Below are positions 41,987-55,456 of a DNA stretch of 64,000 nucleotides, piece after piece. A model generated the notes under the pieces. The model was not told the DNA's origin. It saw only the letters and a list, made by a program, of their open reading frames with translations, and ran no database searches. The translations under genes and the position numbers were made by a program. This stretch comes from an uncultured Acidobacteriota bacterium (GTDB lineage: Bacteria > Actinomycetota > Acidimicrobiia > Spongiisociales > ZC4RG35), in assembly GCA_963828465.1 (NCBI GenBank), contig CAWHEU010000018.1:1-64000 (forward strand), in the 5' to 3' direction. Position 1 is the first letter of the stretch; the number at the start of each line of letters is the position of its first letter.

Positions 41987-43765
41987 TCACAGGTCGATCG
42001 GGTCGGCGTCGATGCGAACAGTGGCCCCGGCCTCGCGCCATCGCTGGACGAGCGGGCGCAACCGGGGCTTCAGGGCACCGAGGGATCCCTGAAGGAGCCA
42101 TCGCGAGCCCTGGGCGGAAGGAGCAGGGCCGAGGACCGTCTGCGGCTCCAACGACCTCAGATCCGAATCGAACCGGGACGGACCTTCCTCACCGCGGACC
42201 TCGATCGCCAGCATCTCGGTTGCCGGGGGAAGCCCCAGCCGGGCACGCTCCACGAGCAATCGCTCCAAATACGGAACGGCGTCTCCCCGTTTCAGCGCCG
42301 TCACCAGCGGCGCCTCGGGCATTGACGTCTGCGCCATCATTCGCCTCCCCGGGCCGTTCTCGATGGCGTTGGCCAGGCGGGCCAGAATCCGGAGAGCCTC
42401 TTCGGAGGTTCGATAGTTGTGGCCGAGCATGAGACCATCGACGTCGACCGCTACCGCCAGCGGAACCGGCACAAGCGTGGGCAGATCACGCTCGGTCCCG
42501 ACTGTCACCGGGAAATCGGCTGGATGGATGCCGGCTACGTCATTTCCGAGGCGCCTGTTGATCTCCTTGACCAGCCGCTCCGGCTCGGATCCCATCTCCT
42601 CGAACCCTGTACCCCCACAGTGGAGACAGGGGCCGGTCGCCTGCCCACAGCGCCGGCAGGCGGCCTCCCGACCCAAACGTGAACCACACGACTCACAGAC
42701 CCGCACCCGTCGACAAGAGACACAGCGCATGGATGAGTCCGAGGTCCGGCGGTGGGTGAAGACGAAGGATCTCCTGCGGCCCGCGATCGTCGCCCGGATG
42801 GCTGCCACCGTCCTCTCCGCGAGTGTGCCGGAACCGGGGGCCTCGTCGCGCCGGTCGACGACCTCGACGAGCGGCCATGCCCGCTTCGTGGGGCGAATGA
42901 CCTCCGGTCCCGATGCAAGGACTTCGAGCGACGGAGTGGGGCCGACGAAGGCCACCGAGAAGCCCTCGATCCGGGCGCGGGTCGACACGACGTCCCTGAC
43001 GTGCAACGTCGGCGTCTGCCGGTCCTTCATGGCACGTCTCCCTTCCTCGAGGACGATGGCGAGGGCGAGCGACGGAATGCGCCACACGGCTACGCGGGGA
43101 GTGCCGATGATCAGCCTCCCCGGCCCCTGGGCGTCGGTCCAGGCGTTGGTCAGGTCCCGCGCCACGTCCCCCGAGGCCACCGTGGCGTCAAACCCGCGGT
43201 CACGGGCATCGTCACCGACCATGCGGGCCTCCGCCTCCGTTGCCACGATGACCAGCACCGACTTCTCTGCCTCCAGGATTGGGAGCACGGTGTCGATCCA
43301 GTCGAGGGTCTGCCAGCGCCCGATCACCGCCGTAGCCGGACGACGGTGGCCTGCTGCGATCTCGCGGGTGATTGCGAGCAACGGATGTGCGCCGACCGGA
43401 TGGCTCACATGGGCCGCTGCTTTCTCCGGTGCGGGCATGGTGGGCAGATTCGGGGGCGCCGAGCGCTCGAGCAGCACCGACAACGGGGCCACGTAATGGG
43501 TCGCCGCCCATTGGATCGTCTTAAGGAGCCCGGAGTCGAATACCGGGATCTCACTAGAGAGCGCGGCTATCTCTTTGAGCGCCCCTTCTCGTTCGGCACC
43601 GATCTCCACGACGAAGCCTCGTGTCTTCCGCCCGGAGAGAGGAACCCTGACGATGGAGCCAATCTGCACCAGGTCCCGGAGGTGCTCAGGGATGTCGTAC
43701 CAGAAGCCGTTGTCGACCGCGAACGTTGGGACGCTGGGGACAACTCGAGCCGTCTGTCGACTCAG
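41987..43765 (-). CDS. priA: PriA-like primosomal protein (degenerate helicase, Zn knuckles retained); likely CTG start
   Basis: Sits between metK and def. GSIVRVPLSGR, four CxxC pairs, C-terminal VRIDADP. No Walker A motif visible. Confidence 0.85.
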   Translation of the reverse strand: MSRQTARVVPSVPTFAVDNGFWYDIPEHLRDLVQIGSIVRVPLSGRKTRGFVVEIGAEREGALKEIAALSSEIPVFDSGLLKTIQWAATHYVAPLSVLLERSAPPNLPTMPAPEKAAAHVSHPVGAHPLLAITREIAAGHRRPATAVIGRWQTLDWIDTVLPILEAEKSVLVIVATEAEARMVGDDARDRGFDATVASGDVARDLTNAWTDAQGPGRLIIGTPRVAVWRIPSLALAIVLEEGRRAMKDRQTPTLHVRDVVSTRARIEGFSVAFVGPTPSLEVLASGPEVIRPTKRAWPLVEVVDRRDEAPGSGTLAERTVAAIRATIAGRRRSFVFTHRRTSDSSMRCVSCRRVRVCESCGSRLGREAACRRCGQATGPCLHCGGTGFEEMGSEPERLVKEINRRLGNDVAGIHPADFPVTVGTERDLPTLVPVPLAVAVDVDGLMLGHNYRTSEEALRILARLANAIENGPGRRMMAQTSMPEAPLVTALKRGDAVPYLERLLVERARLGLPPATEMLAIEVRGEEGPSRFDSDLRSLEPQTVLGPAPSAQGSRWLLQGSLGALKPRLRPLVQRWREAGATVRIDADPIDL

Positions 43766-44901
43766 AGACCGGCCGCCCCTCTGAGGGCGTCGACCATGTC
43801 GAGACGCTCCCAGGTGAACTCGGGACGACCGAAATGCCCGTAGGCGGCAGTCCCGGCAAAGATCGGATTCCTCAACTCGAGATGCTCGATGATCGCCGCA
43901 GGCCTGAAGTCGAACACTTCTTTGACTACGTTCTCGATCTTCTCAGGCGGGATCTGCTCGGTGCCAAAGGTTTCGACGTGGATGGAGAAGGGCTCAGCCT
44001 GGCCGATGGCGTACGAGAGCTGTATCTCGACCTTCCGGGCGACGCCGGAGGCGACGATGTTCTTGGCCGCCCATCGAGCTCCGTAGGCGGCCGAGCGGTC
44101 GACCTTGGTGGCGTCCTTCCCGGAGAAGGCCCCTCCCCCATGACGGGCGTATCCGCCATAGGTGTCGACGATGATCTTGCGGCCGGTGAGGCCAGTGTCC
44201 GCCACCGGGCCCCCTACCTCGAATCGCCCTGACGGGTTGAAGATGAATCCGATGTGCGGGTCGAGCATGTCTTCGGGAATGACCGCAGCCACGACTGCGT
44301 CGAAGACCTCCTGTCGCATCTCTCCCTGGTCCTTGTCCTGGGCATGGTGAGCGGAGATGAGGACCTTTTCCACCGCCACGGGGCGGTCACCCTCATAGCG
44401 GACCATCACCTGGGTCTTGCCGTCGGGCCGGAGATACTCCAGCTTGCCCGTCTTGCGCACTTCGGTGAGTCGCTCGGCCATCCGGTGAGCCAGCTGAATG
44501 GGCAAGGGCATCAACTCGGCGGTCTCATCGACGGCAAATCCGAACATGAGCCCCTGGTCGCCTGCCCCGAGCTCGCGATCGACACCGTCGGAGATATCCG
44601 GGCTCTGTTGCTGGACACGGTCCTGAATCTCGAGTTGGCCGGCGGCAAAGCCAGGGTCGAAGCCGTCGTAGCCGATCCGCATGACGGTGTCATCGACGAT
44701 GGCCGCGACATCTGGCTCGGCTCCCTCGCTGATCTCCCCTCCGACAATGGCCAGACGGGTGGTGACGAAGACCTCGCACGCCACTCGCGCCATCTTGTCG
44801 TTGGCCAGGGCTGCGTCGAGAACCGAGTCCGAGATGGCGTCGGCCACCTTGTCCGGATGGCCTTCTGTGACCGACTCTGAGGTGAAATACCAGCTTCTCA
44901 T
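43762..44901 (-). CDS. metK: S-adenosylmethionine synthetase
   Basis: FTSESVTEGHPDK, GAGDQG, GRKIIVDTYG, GGGAFSGKD. Confidence 0.98.
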   Translation of the reverse strand: MRSWYFTSESVTEGHPDKVADAISDSVLDAALANDKMARVACEVFVTTRLAIVGGEISEGAEPDVAAIVDDTVMRIGYDGFDPGFAAGQLEIQDRVQQQSPDISDGVDRELGAGDQGLMFGFAVDETAELMPLPIQLAHRMAERLTEVRKTGKLEYLRPDGKTQVMVRYEGDRPVAVEKVLISAHHAQDKDQGEMRQEVFDAVVAAVIPEDMLDPHIGFIFNPSGRFEVGGPVADTGLTGRKIIVDTYGGYARHGGGAFSGKDATKVDRSAAYGARWAAKNIVASGVARKVEIQLSYAIGQAEPFSIHVETFGTEQIPPEKIENVVKEVFDFRPAAIIEHLELRNPIFAGTAAYGHFGRPEFTWERLDMVDALRGAAGL

Positions 44902-44913
44902 GCGGGGGCGAGA

Positions 44914-46095
44914 TTAACCCTGTTCCCCGATGGCGGCGGCCACCCGGTCGAGGAGCCGCTCGGCCACTTCGGATTTGGCGAGGAGGGGCAGCTCTTCGGT
45001 TTCACCGGACCGGTCGATGAGGACCACACGGTTGGTGTCGGTCCCGAACCCCGACCCAGGCTCGGTCACGTCGTTGTAGACCAGGAGGTCGACATCCTTC
45101 TTTCGAGCTTTCTCGATTGCCCGCTCAACTCCACCCGTCTCGGCGGCGAACCCGACTGTGAACGGCCGGGGATGACGCTGCACGACCGATGCCAGGATGT
45201 CCGGGGTTTCCGTGAGCTCGATGGAAGGAACGCCGTCGGCCCTGGGGATCTTGGATTCTGCCGCAGACTTCGGCCGGAAGTCAGCGACCGCCGCGGCCAT
45301 GATGGCGACATGTGGATCCACACCGGCGACTGCCGCCAGCATCTCCTCGGCAGTTTCCACGCGGATCAGTTTCGCGGCCGGATGGGTTGGCAAATCGGCC
45401 GTGGTCACCAAGGTCACGTCGTACCCGCGACGAATCGCCGCGTCTGCGATCGCGTGACCCATCTTCCCGGACGAGCGGTTGCCCAGGTAGCGCACGGGGT
45501 CTAGCGGCTCACGGGTCCCTCCCGCCGTCACCAGGACCTTCTGACCTTTGCCCTCACCGCCCAGGATGTCGCCGGCGGCGACAACGATCTCCTCGGGCTC
45601 AGCGACGCGGCCCATCCCGGAATCCCCCCCGGCGAGGGGGCCGATCTCGGGACCAATCATGTGGTAGCCGAAACCGCGCAAGGTCTCCAGATTGCGTTCG
45701 GTCGCAGGGTGCTCCCACATCTCCGTGTGCATCGCCGGCGCCAGCAACACAGGGACAGTCGTGGCGATGATGGTGGCACTGACGAGGTCCTCGGAGATGC
45801 CGTTCGCCACTCGGCCGATAGTGGCTCCGGTGGCCGGGGCGACGATCACGAGATCCGCCCATCGGGCCAACTCGGTGTGGGGCGAGACCAGATCGGCGGC
45901 AAAGAGCGCTGTGAAAGGGTGCTCGCCAGTGATGGCGGCAAAGGTCTGGGCGCCGACGAACTCGAGAGCTGACTCGGTCATCTCCACCCGCACGGTGGCT
46001 CCGGCCTCGACGAGACGCCGAGCGAGGTAGGCGGATTTGTAAGCGGCTACGCCGCCCGTGACGCACAGAAGGACGCGGCGGCCCTGCAGCATCAC
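44914..46095 (-). CDS. coaBC: Phosphopantothenoylcysteine decarboxylase/ligase
   Basis: [53 protein letters not shown]. Confidence 0.97.
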   Translation of the reverse strand: MMLQGRRVLLCVTGGVAAYKSAYLARRLVEAGATVRVEMTESALEFVGAQTFAAITGEHPFTALFAADLVSPHTELARWADLVIVAPATGATIGRVANGISEDLVSATIIATTVPVLLAPAMHTEMWEHPATERNLETLRGFGYHMIGPEIGPLAGGDSGMGRVAEPEEIVVAAGDILGGEGKGQKVLVTAGGTREPLDPVRYLGNRSSGKMGHAIADAAIRRGYDVTLVTTADLPTHPAAKLIRVETAEEMLAAVAGVDPHVAIMAAAVADFRPKSAAESKIPRADGVPSIELTETPDILASVVQRHPRPFTVGFAAETGGVERAIEKARKKDVDLLVYNDVTEPGSGFGTDTNRVVLIDRSGETEELPLLAKSEVAERLLDRVAAAIGEQG

Positions 46096-46313
46096 TCTTC
46101 TACGGTGTCGACCGAGACCTTGCCTTCCGCGATCTCCTCCATGGCGATCGTCAACGGCTTGCGGGACAGCGAGTGGACCTGGGGCGGTACGAACTCACCG
46201 TACCCGACGCCGAGCTGGTGGAAATAGCCGTTGATTTGGCGGGCCCGGCGGGCCGAGATGACGACCGTCGCGAAACGGTTGCCGATCTGGTCGATGACCT
46301 GTTCGATCTTCAT
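46092..46313 (-). CDS. rpoZ: RNA polymerase omega subunit
   Basis: [19 protein letters not shown]...[13 protein letters not shown]. Confidence 0.92.
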   Translation of the reverse strand: MKIEQVIDQIGNRFATVVISARRARQINGYFHQLGVGYGEFVPPQVHSLSRKPLTIAMEEIAEGKVSVDTVEE

Positions 46314-46354
46314 GGGATCCTTTACGGGAAGGGGGATGCGAACAGAGTACCCGA

Positions 46355-46913
46355 TCAGCGGGTGGTAATCAGCCCCTCCAACTCCGATATGGCCTGATCG
46401 AGGTTGTCGTTGACGACGATGTGGTCGAAGAGATCGGGCGCTTCGGCCATCTCCGATTTTGCGATCTCGAGCCGATCCTCGATGTCCTCGTCGGAGGTGT
46501 CGCCCCGGCGGCGCAATCTCCTTTCCAACTCCTCGAGGCTTGGGGGAGCTATGAAATACATGATTGCTTCGGGTTTGCGCTCCCGCACCTGGCGGGCCCC
46601 CTGGATCTCGATCTCGAGGAGGATGTCGCGTTGGTCCACCAGGGTCTCCTCGATCAGAGCCTGAGGCGTGCCGTAGTACCGATTGTTGTAGATAGCCCAC
46701 TCGAGAAGCTCGTCGTTCTCGATCATCTTCTCGAAATCCCGTCGCGAGATGAAGTTGTAATGGACACCGTGCCGCTCGCCCGGGACGCGGCAGCCTGGTG
46801 GTGGCGGAAACGGAGAACTCGATACCGAGACGCTCGATGAGCTCACGAACGATGCTCGACTTTCCCGAGCCCGATGGCCCGGACACGACGAGAAGCCGGG
46901 CGGCGGCGGCCAC
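46355..46913 (-). CDS. gmk: Guanylate kinase; frameshift near 46790
   Basis: [16 protein letters not shown] / [31 protein letters not shown]. Confidence 0.93.
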
Positions 46914-46914
46914 T

Positions 46915-47229
46915 TCAGGAGAACTCGGCTAGGAGAGCCTCTTTCTGCTTGTCTCCCAGGCCCCTGATCCTGCGGTTTTCGGCAATACCCACCGATTCCA
47001 TGAGACGCTTCGCCTTGATCTTCCCGGTGCCGGGCATCGCTGCGAGGGCCCGCTCCACCTTGAGGCCGGCGAGGAGCTCATCACTGTCGGCCTTCTCGAA
47101 CAACTCGGAGAGGCGAAGGGACCCTGTCTTCAACAACTCCTTGGCCTCGGCGCGCACTCGTCTCGCCTCCGCTGCCTTGGCCAGCGCTGCTGCTCTCTGC
47201 TCATCGGTCAATTGGGGTGGTTGCGCCAT
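46915..47229 (-). CDS. mihF: Actinobacterial integration host factor
   Basis: [24 protein letters not shown]...RRIRGLG. This family is specific to Actinobacteria. Confidence 0.93.
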   Translation of the reverse strand: MAQPPQLTDEQRAAALAKAAEARRVRAEAKELLKTGSLRLSELFEKADSDELLAGLKVERALAAMPGTGKIKAKRLMESVGIAENRRIRGLGDKQKEALLAEFS

Positions 47230-47258
47230 GTCCTCATCTCGTTCGACGAACCGTGACC

Positions 47259-47982
47259 CTAGCCAGCATGACTTGCGCCGGTCGTCGAAACCGCAGCCTC
47301 GATCTCCCGCAATATCGACAAGGTGGCCGCCGCCGGATCGGCCGCCGCAGTGATCGGGCGGCCCACAACCAGCAGGTCGGCCCCCGCCTCGATCGCCTGC
47401 GCTGGCGTGGCCACTCTCTTCTGATCGGCACTATCTGAACCGGCCGGCCTGATGCCGGGCGTGGCGACGATGAGATCGAGATCGAGCGCCTTTACCGACG
47501 CCGACTCGGGCACGGCGCACACCACCCCTTCGGCGCCGGCCGCGGCGGCCAACCGGGACATAGCGGTGACGTGTTCAGCGGGACCCTGACTGAACCCGAC
47601 TGCTTCCAGTCTCGCCTCGTCTAGTGAGGTGAGGATGGTGACAGCCAGGATCCCGGCTTCGCCTTCGGAGTTGGAGGCGAGCGCTTCCACAGCTGTCCGG
47701 ATCATCTCCTCGCCTCCAGAGGCGTGGACGGTCACCCAGCGTGCCCCGATGGAGCCCAGCCGGCTTGCTGCTCCAGCCACCGTGTTCGGGATGTCATGGA
47801 GCTTCGCGTCGACGAAGACCGGAGCACCAAGGGCGGCAACCCGTGACACGATGCCGGGGCCCTCCCCCATGAGCAGCTCGAGCCCGACCTTGAAGCCACC
47901 GACATGCGGATTAATGGCCCCGGCGATGTCGGAGCGCTTCCTCTCCTGTAGGCACGTCGAGGGCGACTATGAGGAGACTCAC
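47259..47982 (-). CDS. pyrF: Orotidine-5'-phosphate decarboxylase; frameshift near 47935
   Basis: LIVALDV, FKVGLEL, DAKLHDIPNTV, VTILTS, TPGIRP, DQKR, VVGRPI. Confidence 0.93.
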
Positions 47983-48893
47983 CAGGGCACGACTCCCCCC
48001 ACCAGGTCGGGCACCGCCGCGTCGCGCCGTTCTAGATCGCGACTCAGCTCACGCTCGATGCGCTTTCCGGCGCGTGGCTCGGCGAGATGTGCGGTGCCGA
48101 TCGCTACCGCCGATGCACCTGCGAGGAGATACTCGACGACGTCCTTTCCGGTCATGACACCTCCGCACCCGACAATGGGGGCTCCGGGCAGGGCGCGGGA
48201 CACTTCGTACACACAGCGCAGAGAGATGGCCTTCAGACCCGGACCGCTGTAGCCGCCGACTCCGCCACTGAGCAGTGGGCGGCCGCTGACGGGGTCGATG
48301 CCGAACCCGAGAATCGTGTTGGTCAGGGTGAGGAATGTGGCGCCAGCCGCCAGACAGGCGGCGGCGACCGCCACGATGTCATCGGTGTTGGGTGAGAGCT
48401 TGGCGCCTACCGGCACCTCTGATGTCGCCGCCACCGCCGTGACCACCTCGGCCGACCTCGGTGCATCTAGCGAGAACATGCGCCCATCTTCGAGATTTGG
48501 GCAAGAGAGGTTGATCTCGATGACTGGCACACCTGCCGAGACGAGCCCTTTGGCCACCATGGCGAACTCGTCTGGAGTTTCCCCGACCGCAGACCCCCAC
48601 ACCGGCACCCCGATACCGGCAAGTAGCGGTGTCATAGTCTCGACCCAGGCCTCGATGCCCGGGTTCTGGATGCCGATCCCGTTGAGCATGCCGGGGCCGG
48701 CCGGGGCGAGACGTGGGGCCGGCCGGCCTGCCCACTCCACCGGGGCGACCGACTTGGCTACTGCGGCCCCGTAGGGCGAGACATCGGCCACCTCCGCCCA
48801 CTCCCAGACAGACCCGACAGTGCCCGAGGCGGCGATGAGCGGGCTTCGCAGCTCGATCGGGCCCAGGCGTGTCGTCAGACGGTCTGGTGCCAT
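47979..48893 (-). CDS. pyrD: Dihydroorotate dehydrogenase class 1
   Basis: [30 protein letters not shown]. Confidence 0.93.
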   Translation of the reverse strand: MAPDRLTTRLGPIELRSPLIAASGTVGSVWEWAEVADVSPYGAAVAKSVAPVEWAGRPAPRLAPAGPGMLNGIGIQNPGIEAWVETMTPLLAGIGVPVWGSAVGETPDEFAMVAKGLVSAGVPVIEINLSCPNLEDGRMFSLDAPRSAEVVTAVAATSEVPVGAKLSPNTDDIVAVAAACLAAGATFLTLTNTILGFGIDPVSGRPLLSGGVGGYSGPGLKAISLRCVYEVSRALPGAPIVGCGGVMTGKDVVEYLLAGASAVAIGTAHLAEPRAGKRIERELSRDLERRDAAVPDLVGGVVPW

Positions 48894-51800
48894 TCCTGGA
48901 GGCTCCTCGGTCGCTGGATGGCGCCTGGCCCGGCGCGGAGGCTGCGGGCCACCGCCAGCCCACCCTGGATCGTGGTCACGCAGGGAATGGAGTGGGAACG
49001 GGCGGCGATCCGGATCGTCCTGCCGTCGGATCGCGCCTTGCCGCCGCGAGGTGTGTTGATGACGAGTTGCACCTCGCCGTCCTCGAGACGTTGCCCGATG
49101 TCCCTCGGCCCCTCGCCGACCTTGTGGACCGGATCGGCGTCGATTGCGTGATGCTTCAGGTACCGGGCGGTGCCGTGGGTCGCGACCAGGTCGAACCCCA
49201 GCATGGTGAAAGCCTGGGCCACGGCCAGCCCCATCGCCTTGTCCCTGTCGGCGAAAGACAGAAACACCCGCCCGCGTGTCGGCAGGATGTGACCGGCCGC
49301 GAGCAAGGCCTTTGCAAAGGCAACTCCGACGTCGGGGCCGATCCCCATCACCTCGCCGGTGGCCCGCATCTCCGGACCGAGCACCGAGTCCTCCTCGGGG
49401 AATCGGTCCCAGGGGAGGACTGCGTTCTTCACTGCGACGAAGTCGGGGCGTTGGGTCGAGATCGGCACTACTCCCTCACGGCGAAGCTCTTCGAGGGAGC
49501 TGCCCATCATCACCCTGGCTGCTATCCGGGCGAGAGGCACGGCAGTTGCTTTGCTGATGAACGGGACCGTCCTGCTCCCCCGAGGGTTGGCCTCGAGGAC
49601 GTAGACGTCGTCTCCCTTGACCGCGAACTGCAGATTGATCAAGCCGCGCACGCCGAGCGCTGCGGCCAGCTCTGATGTCGCCCTGAGGATCTCTTTGTGG
49701 GCCTCGTCCGAGATCGTCGGCGGCGGGGTGACGCAGTCTGAATCACCGGAATGGACACCAGCCTCTTCGACATGCTCCATGACACCGCCGAGGAGCAGCT
49801 CGGAGCCGTCATAGACCGCGTCGACGTCGATCTCTACGGCTGCCTCGAGGAATCGGTCGATGAGGATTGGTGCCCCGGTCAGCTCCGGGTCGGCCTCGCC
49901 ATACATCTCCCTCACGTAGTCGGCCAGCTCCTCGACGCTGTATACCACCCGCATCTTCCGGCCCCCGAGGACGAAGGAAGGCCTGACCATGACCGGCAGA
50001 CCGATCTGATCGACTACGTCTTCGGCTTCGCGCGCCGATGACGCCGAGCCGGCGGGAGGCTGACGGAGCCCCAGGCTCTTGCATAGCTCTGCGAACTGCT
50101 CACGATCCTCCGCCAACTCGATCGATGCCGGCGAGGTGCCGGCGATGGGCACTCCGGCATCCTGCAGCGCCCTAGCCAGGTTGAGCGGGGTCTGTCCCCC
50201 GAGTTGGACCACGACGGCCTCGGGCCTCTCCGCCTCGATGACGGACAACACGTCCTCGACTGTCAGGGGCTCGAAATAGAGCCGATTCGACGTGTCGTAG
50301 TCCGTCGAGACCGTCTCGGGGTTGCAGTTGACCATCACGGTCTCGTATCCCGCGTCGCGCAGGGCGAATGCAGCGTGCACACAGCAGTAGTCGAATTCGA
50401 TGCCCTGGCCGATCCGGTTGGGGCCGGAGCCGAGTACCACAACCCGGGGCCGTTCGGCCGGGGGCACCTCAGATTCCTCCTCGAAGGTCCCGTACATGTA
50501 CGGGGTGTGGGCTTCGAACTCGGCGGCGCAGGTGTCCACGGTCTTGTAGGTGCGGTTGATCCCGAAACGAGCGCGGGCCTCCCGGACTTCGATTTCGGTC
50601 TCGCCCCAGAGATGGGCGAGTTGGCGATCGGAAAAGCCGTACCTCTTCGCCTCTTTCAGCAGGTCTCGATTCCCGGAGCCCGCTGCTTCGATCTCAGATC
50701 GCAACTCGACGATCTCGGCGATCTGGTCGACGAACCACGGGTCGATGGTGCTGAGCCGTGAAACCTCGGCGACGCCCCATCCTCGTCGTAACCCCTCGCC
50801 GACGGCGAAAACCCGATTCGGCGTCGGGATGGCTATTGCCTGGCTCAACTCGTCGTCGTGCATGTCGCGCAGGGTGTGCTCCCCGGCATCGGCATTCAGG
50901 CCGTCACGCCCGTTCTCCATGCTTCGAAGGGCCTTCTGCAGCGCCTCCGGGAACGTTCGGCCAATCGACATCGCCTCGCCGACGCTCCGCATCGACGTGC
51001 CGAGCCGGTTCGAGGCCGATGGAAACTTCGCGAAGTCGAAGCGCGGCACCTTGACCACGACATAGTCCAGCGCCGGCTCGAAGGAGGCAGGCGTCGCCCC
51101 TGTGATGTCGTTGGCGATCTCATCCAGTGTGTAGCCCACGGCGAGAAGCGCGGCGATCTTGGCGATGGGGAATCCGGTCGCCTTGCTGGCCAATGCAGAC
51201 GACCGGCTCACTCTCGGGTTCATCTCGATCACGAGACGGCGTCCGGTGTCGGGGTCGACGGCGAACTGGACATTGGAGCCGCCGGTCTCGACGCCGATCG
51301 CCCGGAGCACCGCAATCCCGTCGTCCCGCATCTCCTGGTACTCGCGGTCGGAAAGGGTCTGGATTGGTGCCACTGTGATCGAATCGCCGGTGTGCACCCC
51401 CATCGGATCGAGGTTCTCGATCGAGCAAACGATCACCGCGTTGTCCTTGTGGTCACGCATGACCTCGAGCTCGAACTCTTTCCAGCCCTCGACCGATTCC
51501 TCGACGAGAATCTCCGACACCGGAGACGTGGCCAGACCATGGCGAGCCACTTCGATGAATTCCTCGTCGTCGGCGGCAATTCCCGTGCCCCCTCCGCCGA
51601 GGATGAAGGAGGGGCGGACCATGATCGGGAAACCGATCTCTTGTGCGATCTTCACCGCCTCGGTCATCGAGCGGGCATACCCGGCCCGTGGCACCTCGAG
51701 GCCTACCTTCTCCATGGTCTCCTTGAACAGACCGCGATCCTCGGCCCGCTCGATCACCTCCAGACCGGCTCCGATCATCTCGACTCCGAGTCGCTCGAGG

Positions 51801-52119
51801 ATCCCCCTGCGGGCGAGCTCAGAGGCGACGTTGAGGGCGGTCTGGCCGCCGAGAGTGGGAAGGAGAGCGTCGGGCTGCTCCCTGGCGATGATCTCCGCCA
51901 CCACCTCGGGGGTGATCGGCTCGATATAGGTCGCATCTGCGAACTCGGGGTCCGTCATGATCGTGGCGGGGTTGGAATTGACCAGGATCACCCGGTATCC
52001 CTCGGCCCGGAGCACCTTCGCCGCCTGGGTGCCCGAATAGTCGAACTCACAGCCCTGGCCGATGACGATCGGCCCCGAGCCGATGAGGAGGATCGATCTC
52101 AGATCGCGTCTCGCCGGCA

Positions 52120-52120
<1 letters not shown>
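48875..52120 (-). CDS. carB: Carbamoyl-phosphate synthase large subunit
   Basis: [54 protein letters not shown]. Confidence 0.98.
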
Positions 52121-53282
<1,162 letters not shown>

Positions 53283-53286
<4 letters not shown>

Positions 53287-54551
53287 ATGAGCCCTCCTTC
53301 GTACGAGACTCGGCCTTCGTAAATCGTCGCCAGCACCCTGCCAGTCAACTCCGTCCCGGCAAATGGGCTGTTCTGAGACTTGGACGCGAACGACCCTGGA
53401 ACCCATCGACGAGCCGGATCGAAGAGAACGAGATTGGCCGGTGATCCGGGTTCCACCTCTCGTCCCTGGCGCTCCAGCCCGGCGATCCTCGCGGGTGAAA
53501 GACTCATGCGGTCGAAGAAGATCCTCTGGTCGTCGCCGACCGCGTACGAGGCCACTGCCGCCGCTGCCGTCTCGAGCCCGATGACACCGCGTGGTGCCTC
53601 CTCGAAGGGCACCTCCTTTTCAGAAGGGGCGTGCGGGGCGTGATCGGTGGCTATCGCATCGATGACACCATCCCGAACGGCCGATCGCAATGCGGCCTGG
53701 TCTTCGGCGCCGCGCAACGGGGGGTACATCTTCAGATTCGGGTCGAGGCCCTCGAGGGCAGAATCGTCCAGAGCCAGATGATGTGGCGTCACCTCCGATG
53801 TCACCGATATGCCCGCCTTCCTGGCTTCCCTGATCAGCTCCACCGAGCGGGCGGTCGACACGTGCTGGATGTGCAGGGCAGCCCCCGTCTCGGCCGCGAT
53901 CGCAATGTCCCTGGCGACTATCACGTCCTCGGCGACACCGGGCAGGCTCGCGATCCCCAGCCGAGCCGAGACCATCCCCTCGTGCATGTGGCCCTCGCCT
54001 GCAATCGACCGATCTTCGGCGTGCTCGGCAACCACGGCACCGGGCAGGTCGCGCAGATAGGCCATGATTCTTCGCAACAGCCCAGCTTCGGGGACCGCAT
54101 CGCCGTCATCGCTGAAGATCCTCACGCCTGCCTCATACATGGCGTCGAATCCCGCCATCTCCGTGCCGGCTCGGCGCTCGGTCAATGTCCCCGCTACCAC
54201 GATGTCCATCGTGTCGACGGCGCGGGCTCGTTCGACAGCGGCGACGGCCGACGACCCGCCGTCCACCGGAGGCACTGTGTTGGGCATGGCCACTATCGCC
54301 GTGAAACCGCCCGCGGCTGCTGCCCGGGAGCCGGAACCCACATCCTCCTTCCAGGTTTGTCCGGGGTCGCGGAGATGGACATGGAGATCCACCAGGCCGG
54401 GGCCGAGCCAGGCCCCTTTGGCGTCGATCACCCTGGCCCCGTTCGCGACCGGATCGGTCCCCACTGAAGTGATGGTGTCACCCTCGATCACGACGGTGGA
54501 CTGGTCGATCCCGTTAGCCCGAAGCACGCTGGCATTGCGGATGACGATCAT
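53283..54551 (-). CDS. pyrC: Dihydroorotase
   Basis: DLHVHLRDPG, AAAGGFT, MPNT, EVTPHHL, KMYPPLR, ATDHAPH. Confidence 0.96.
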
Positions 54552-55456
54552 CCCGAGCCACCGAGAGCCTCGGCGATCGCAGCCATGCGGAGCGGCACAC
54601 CGTTGGCAACTTGCTCGAGAATGAGCGATCGCTCTCCATCGGCCACGGCATCGTCGATTTCGACCCCGCGGTTCATCGGCCCCGGGTGCATGACCACGGC
54701 AGCCGGCTTGAGCAAAGACAACCGCTCCGCATTCATCCCGTAGCGCCGGGCATAACTCTGATCCGCCGGGATCCCCTCCGAGGCGCCACGCTCGTTCTGT
54801 ATCCGGAGCAGATACACCACGTCGACGTCACCAAGCTCTTCGTCGAGCTCGGTGCTGACCCTGACACCCCAGGGATTGTGGTTGGGGAGGAACGGCGTCG
54901 GCCCCACCAGGGTCAGATTCACGCCCAACGTCGGGAAGGCTTCGAGATGACTGCGGGCGACACGGCTATTACTGATGTCTCCGACTATGGCCATACGAAG
55001 GCCATCGAGATGACCGAACTCCTGGCGCAAGGTCATGGCGTCGATGAGGGTCTGCGTGGGGTGCTCTCGCCTCCCGACGCCGGCGTTGATCACCGGACGC
55101 CCCGACCACGCGGCTGCCAGATCCGCGGCATCGGCCAGCGAGTGGCGAATGACGAACAGGTCGGTACCGATCGCGGTGAGGGTCAGGATCGTGTCCTTGA
55201 AGGACTCGCCCTTGGTGGCAGAGGACAGATCGGGGCTGAGGTCCATCACATGGGCACCCAGCCGGTGTGCCGCCCTTTCGAAGGAAAGCCTCGTCCGGGT
55301 AGATGCCTCGAAGAAGGCTGTTGTGACCGTGGCCCAAGCGAGGTCGCTCGACACAGGGCTGCCGACGTAGCTCTGGGCACGATCGAGGAGACCCTCCAGA
55401 CGCTCCCGGCTCAATCCCCTCAGGCTGATCAGGCCGTGCTGCGGTCGGGTGCTCAT
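54548..55456 (-). CDS. pyrB: Aspartate carbamoyltransferase catalytic subunit
   Basis: FFEASTRTRLSF, KGES, HPTQ, SRVARS, MHPGPMNRGVEI. Confidence 0.96.
   Translation of the reverse strand: MSTRPQHGLISLRGLSRERLEGLLDRAQSYVGSPVSSDLAWATVTTAFFEASTRTRLSFERAAHRLGAHVMDLSPDLSSATKGESFKDTILTLTAIGTDLFVIRHSLADAADLAAAWSGRPVINAGVGRREHPTQTLIDAMTLRQEFGHLDGLRMAIVGDISNSRVARSHLEAFPTLGVNLTLVGPTPFLPNHNPWGVRVSTELDEELGDVDVVYLLRIQNERGASEGIPADQSYARRYGMNAERLSLLKPAAVVMHPGPMNRGVEIDDAVADGERSLILEQVANGVPLRMAAIAEALGGSG

Noticed and set aside
38897-44913. FMN riboswitch before ribD or SAM riboswitch before metK
   Set aside because: The intergenic gaps are only about 12-14 bp.
46092-46913. Apparent 273-aa Gmk-RpoZ fusion ORF
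   Set aside because: It is produced by a frameshift in gmk. The middle is off-frame nonsense, and the true gmk C-terminus is in another frame ending at 46355.
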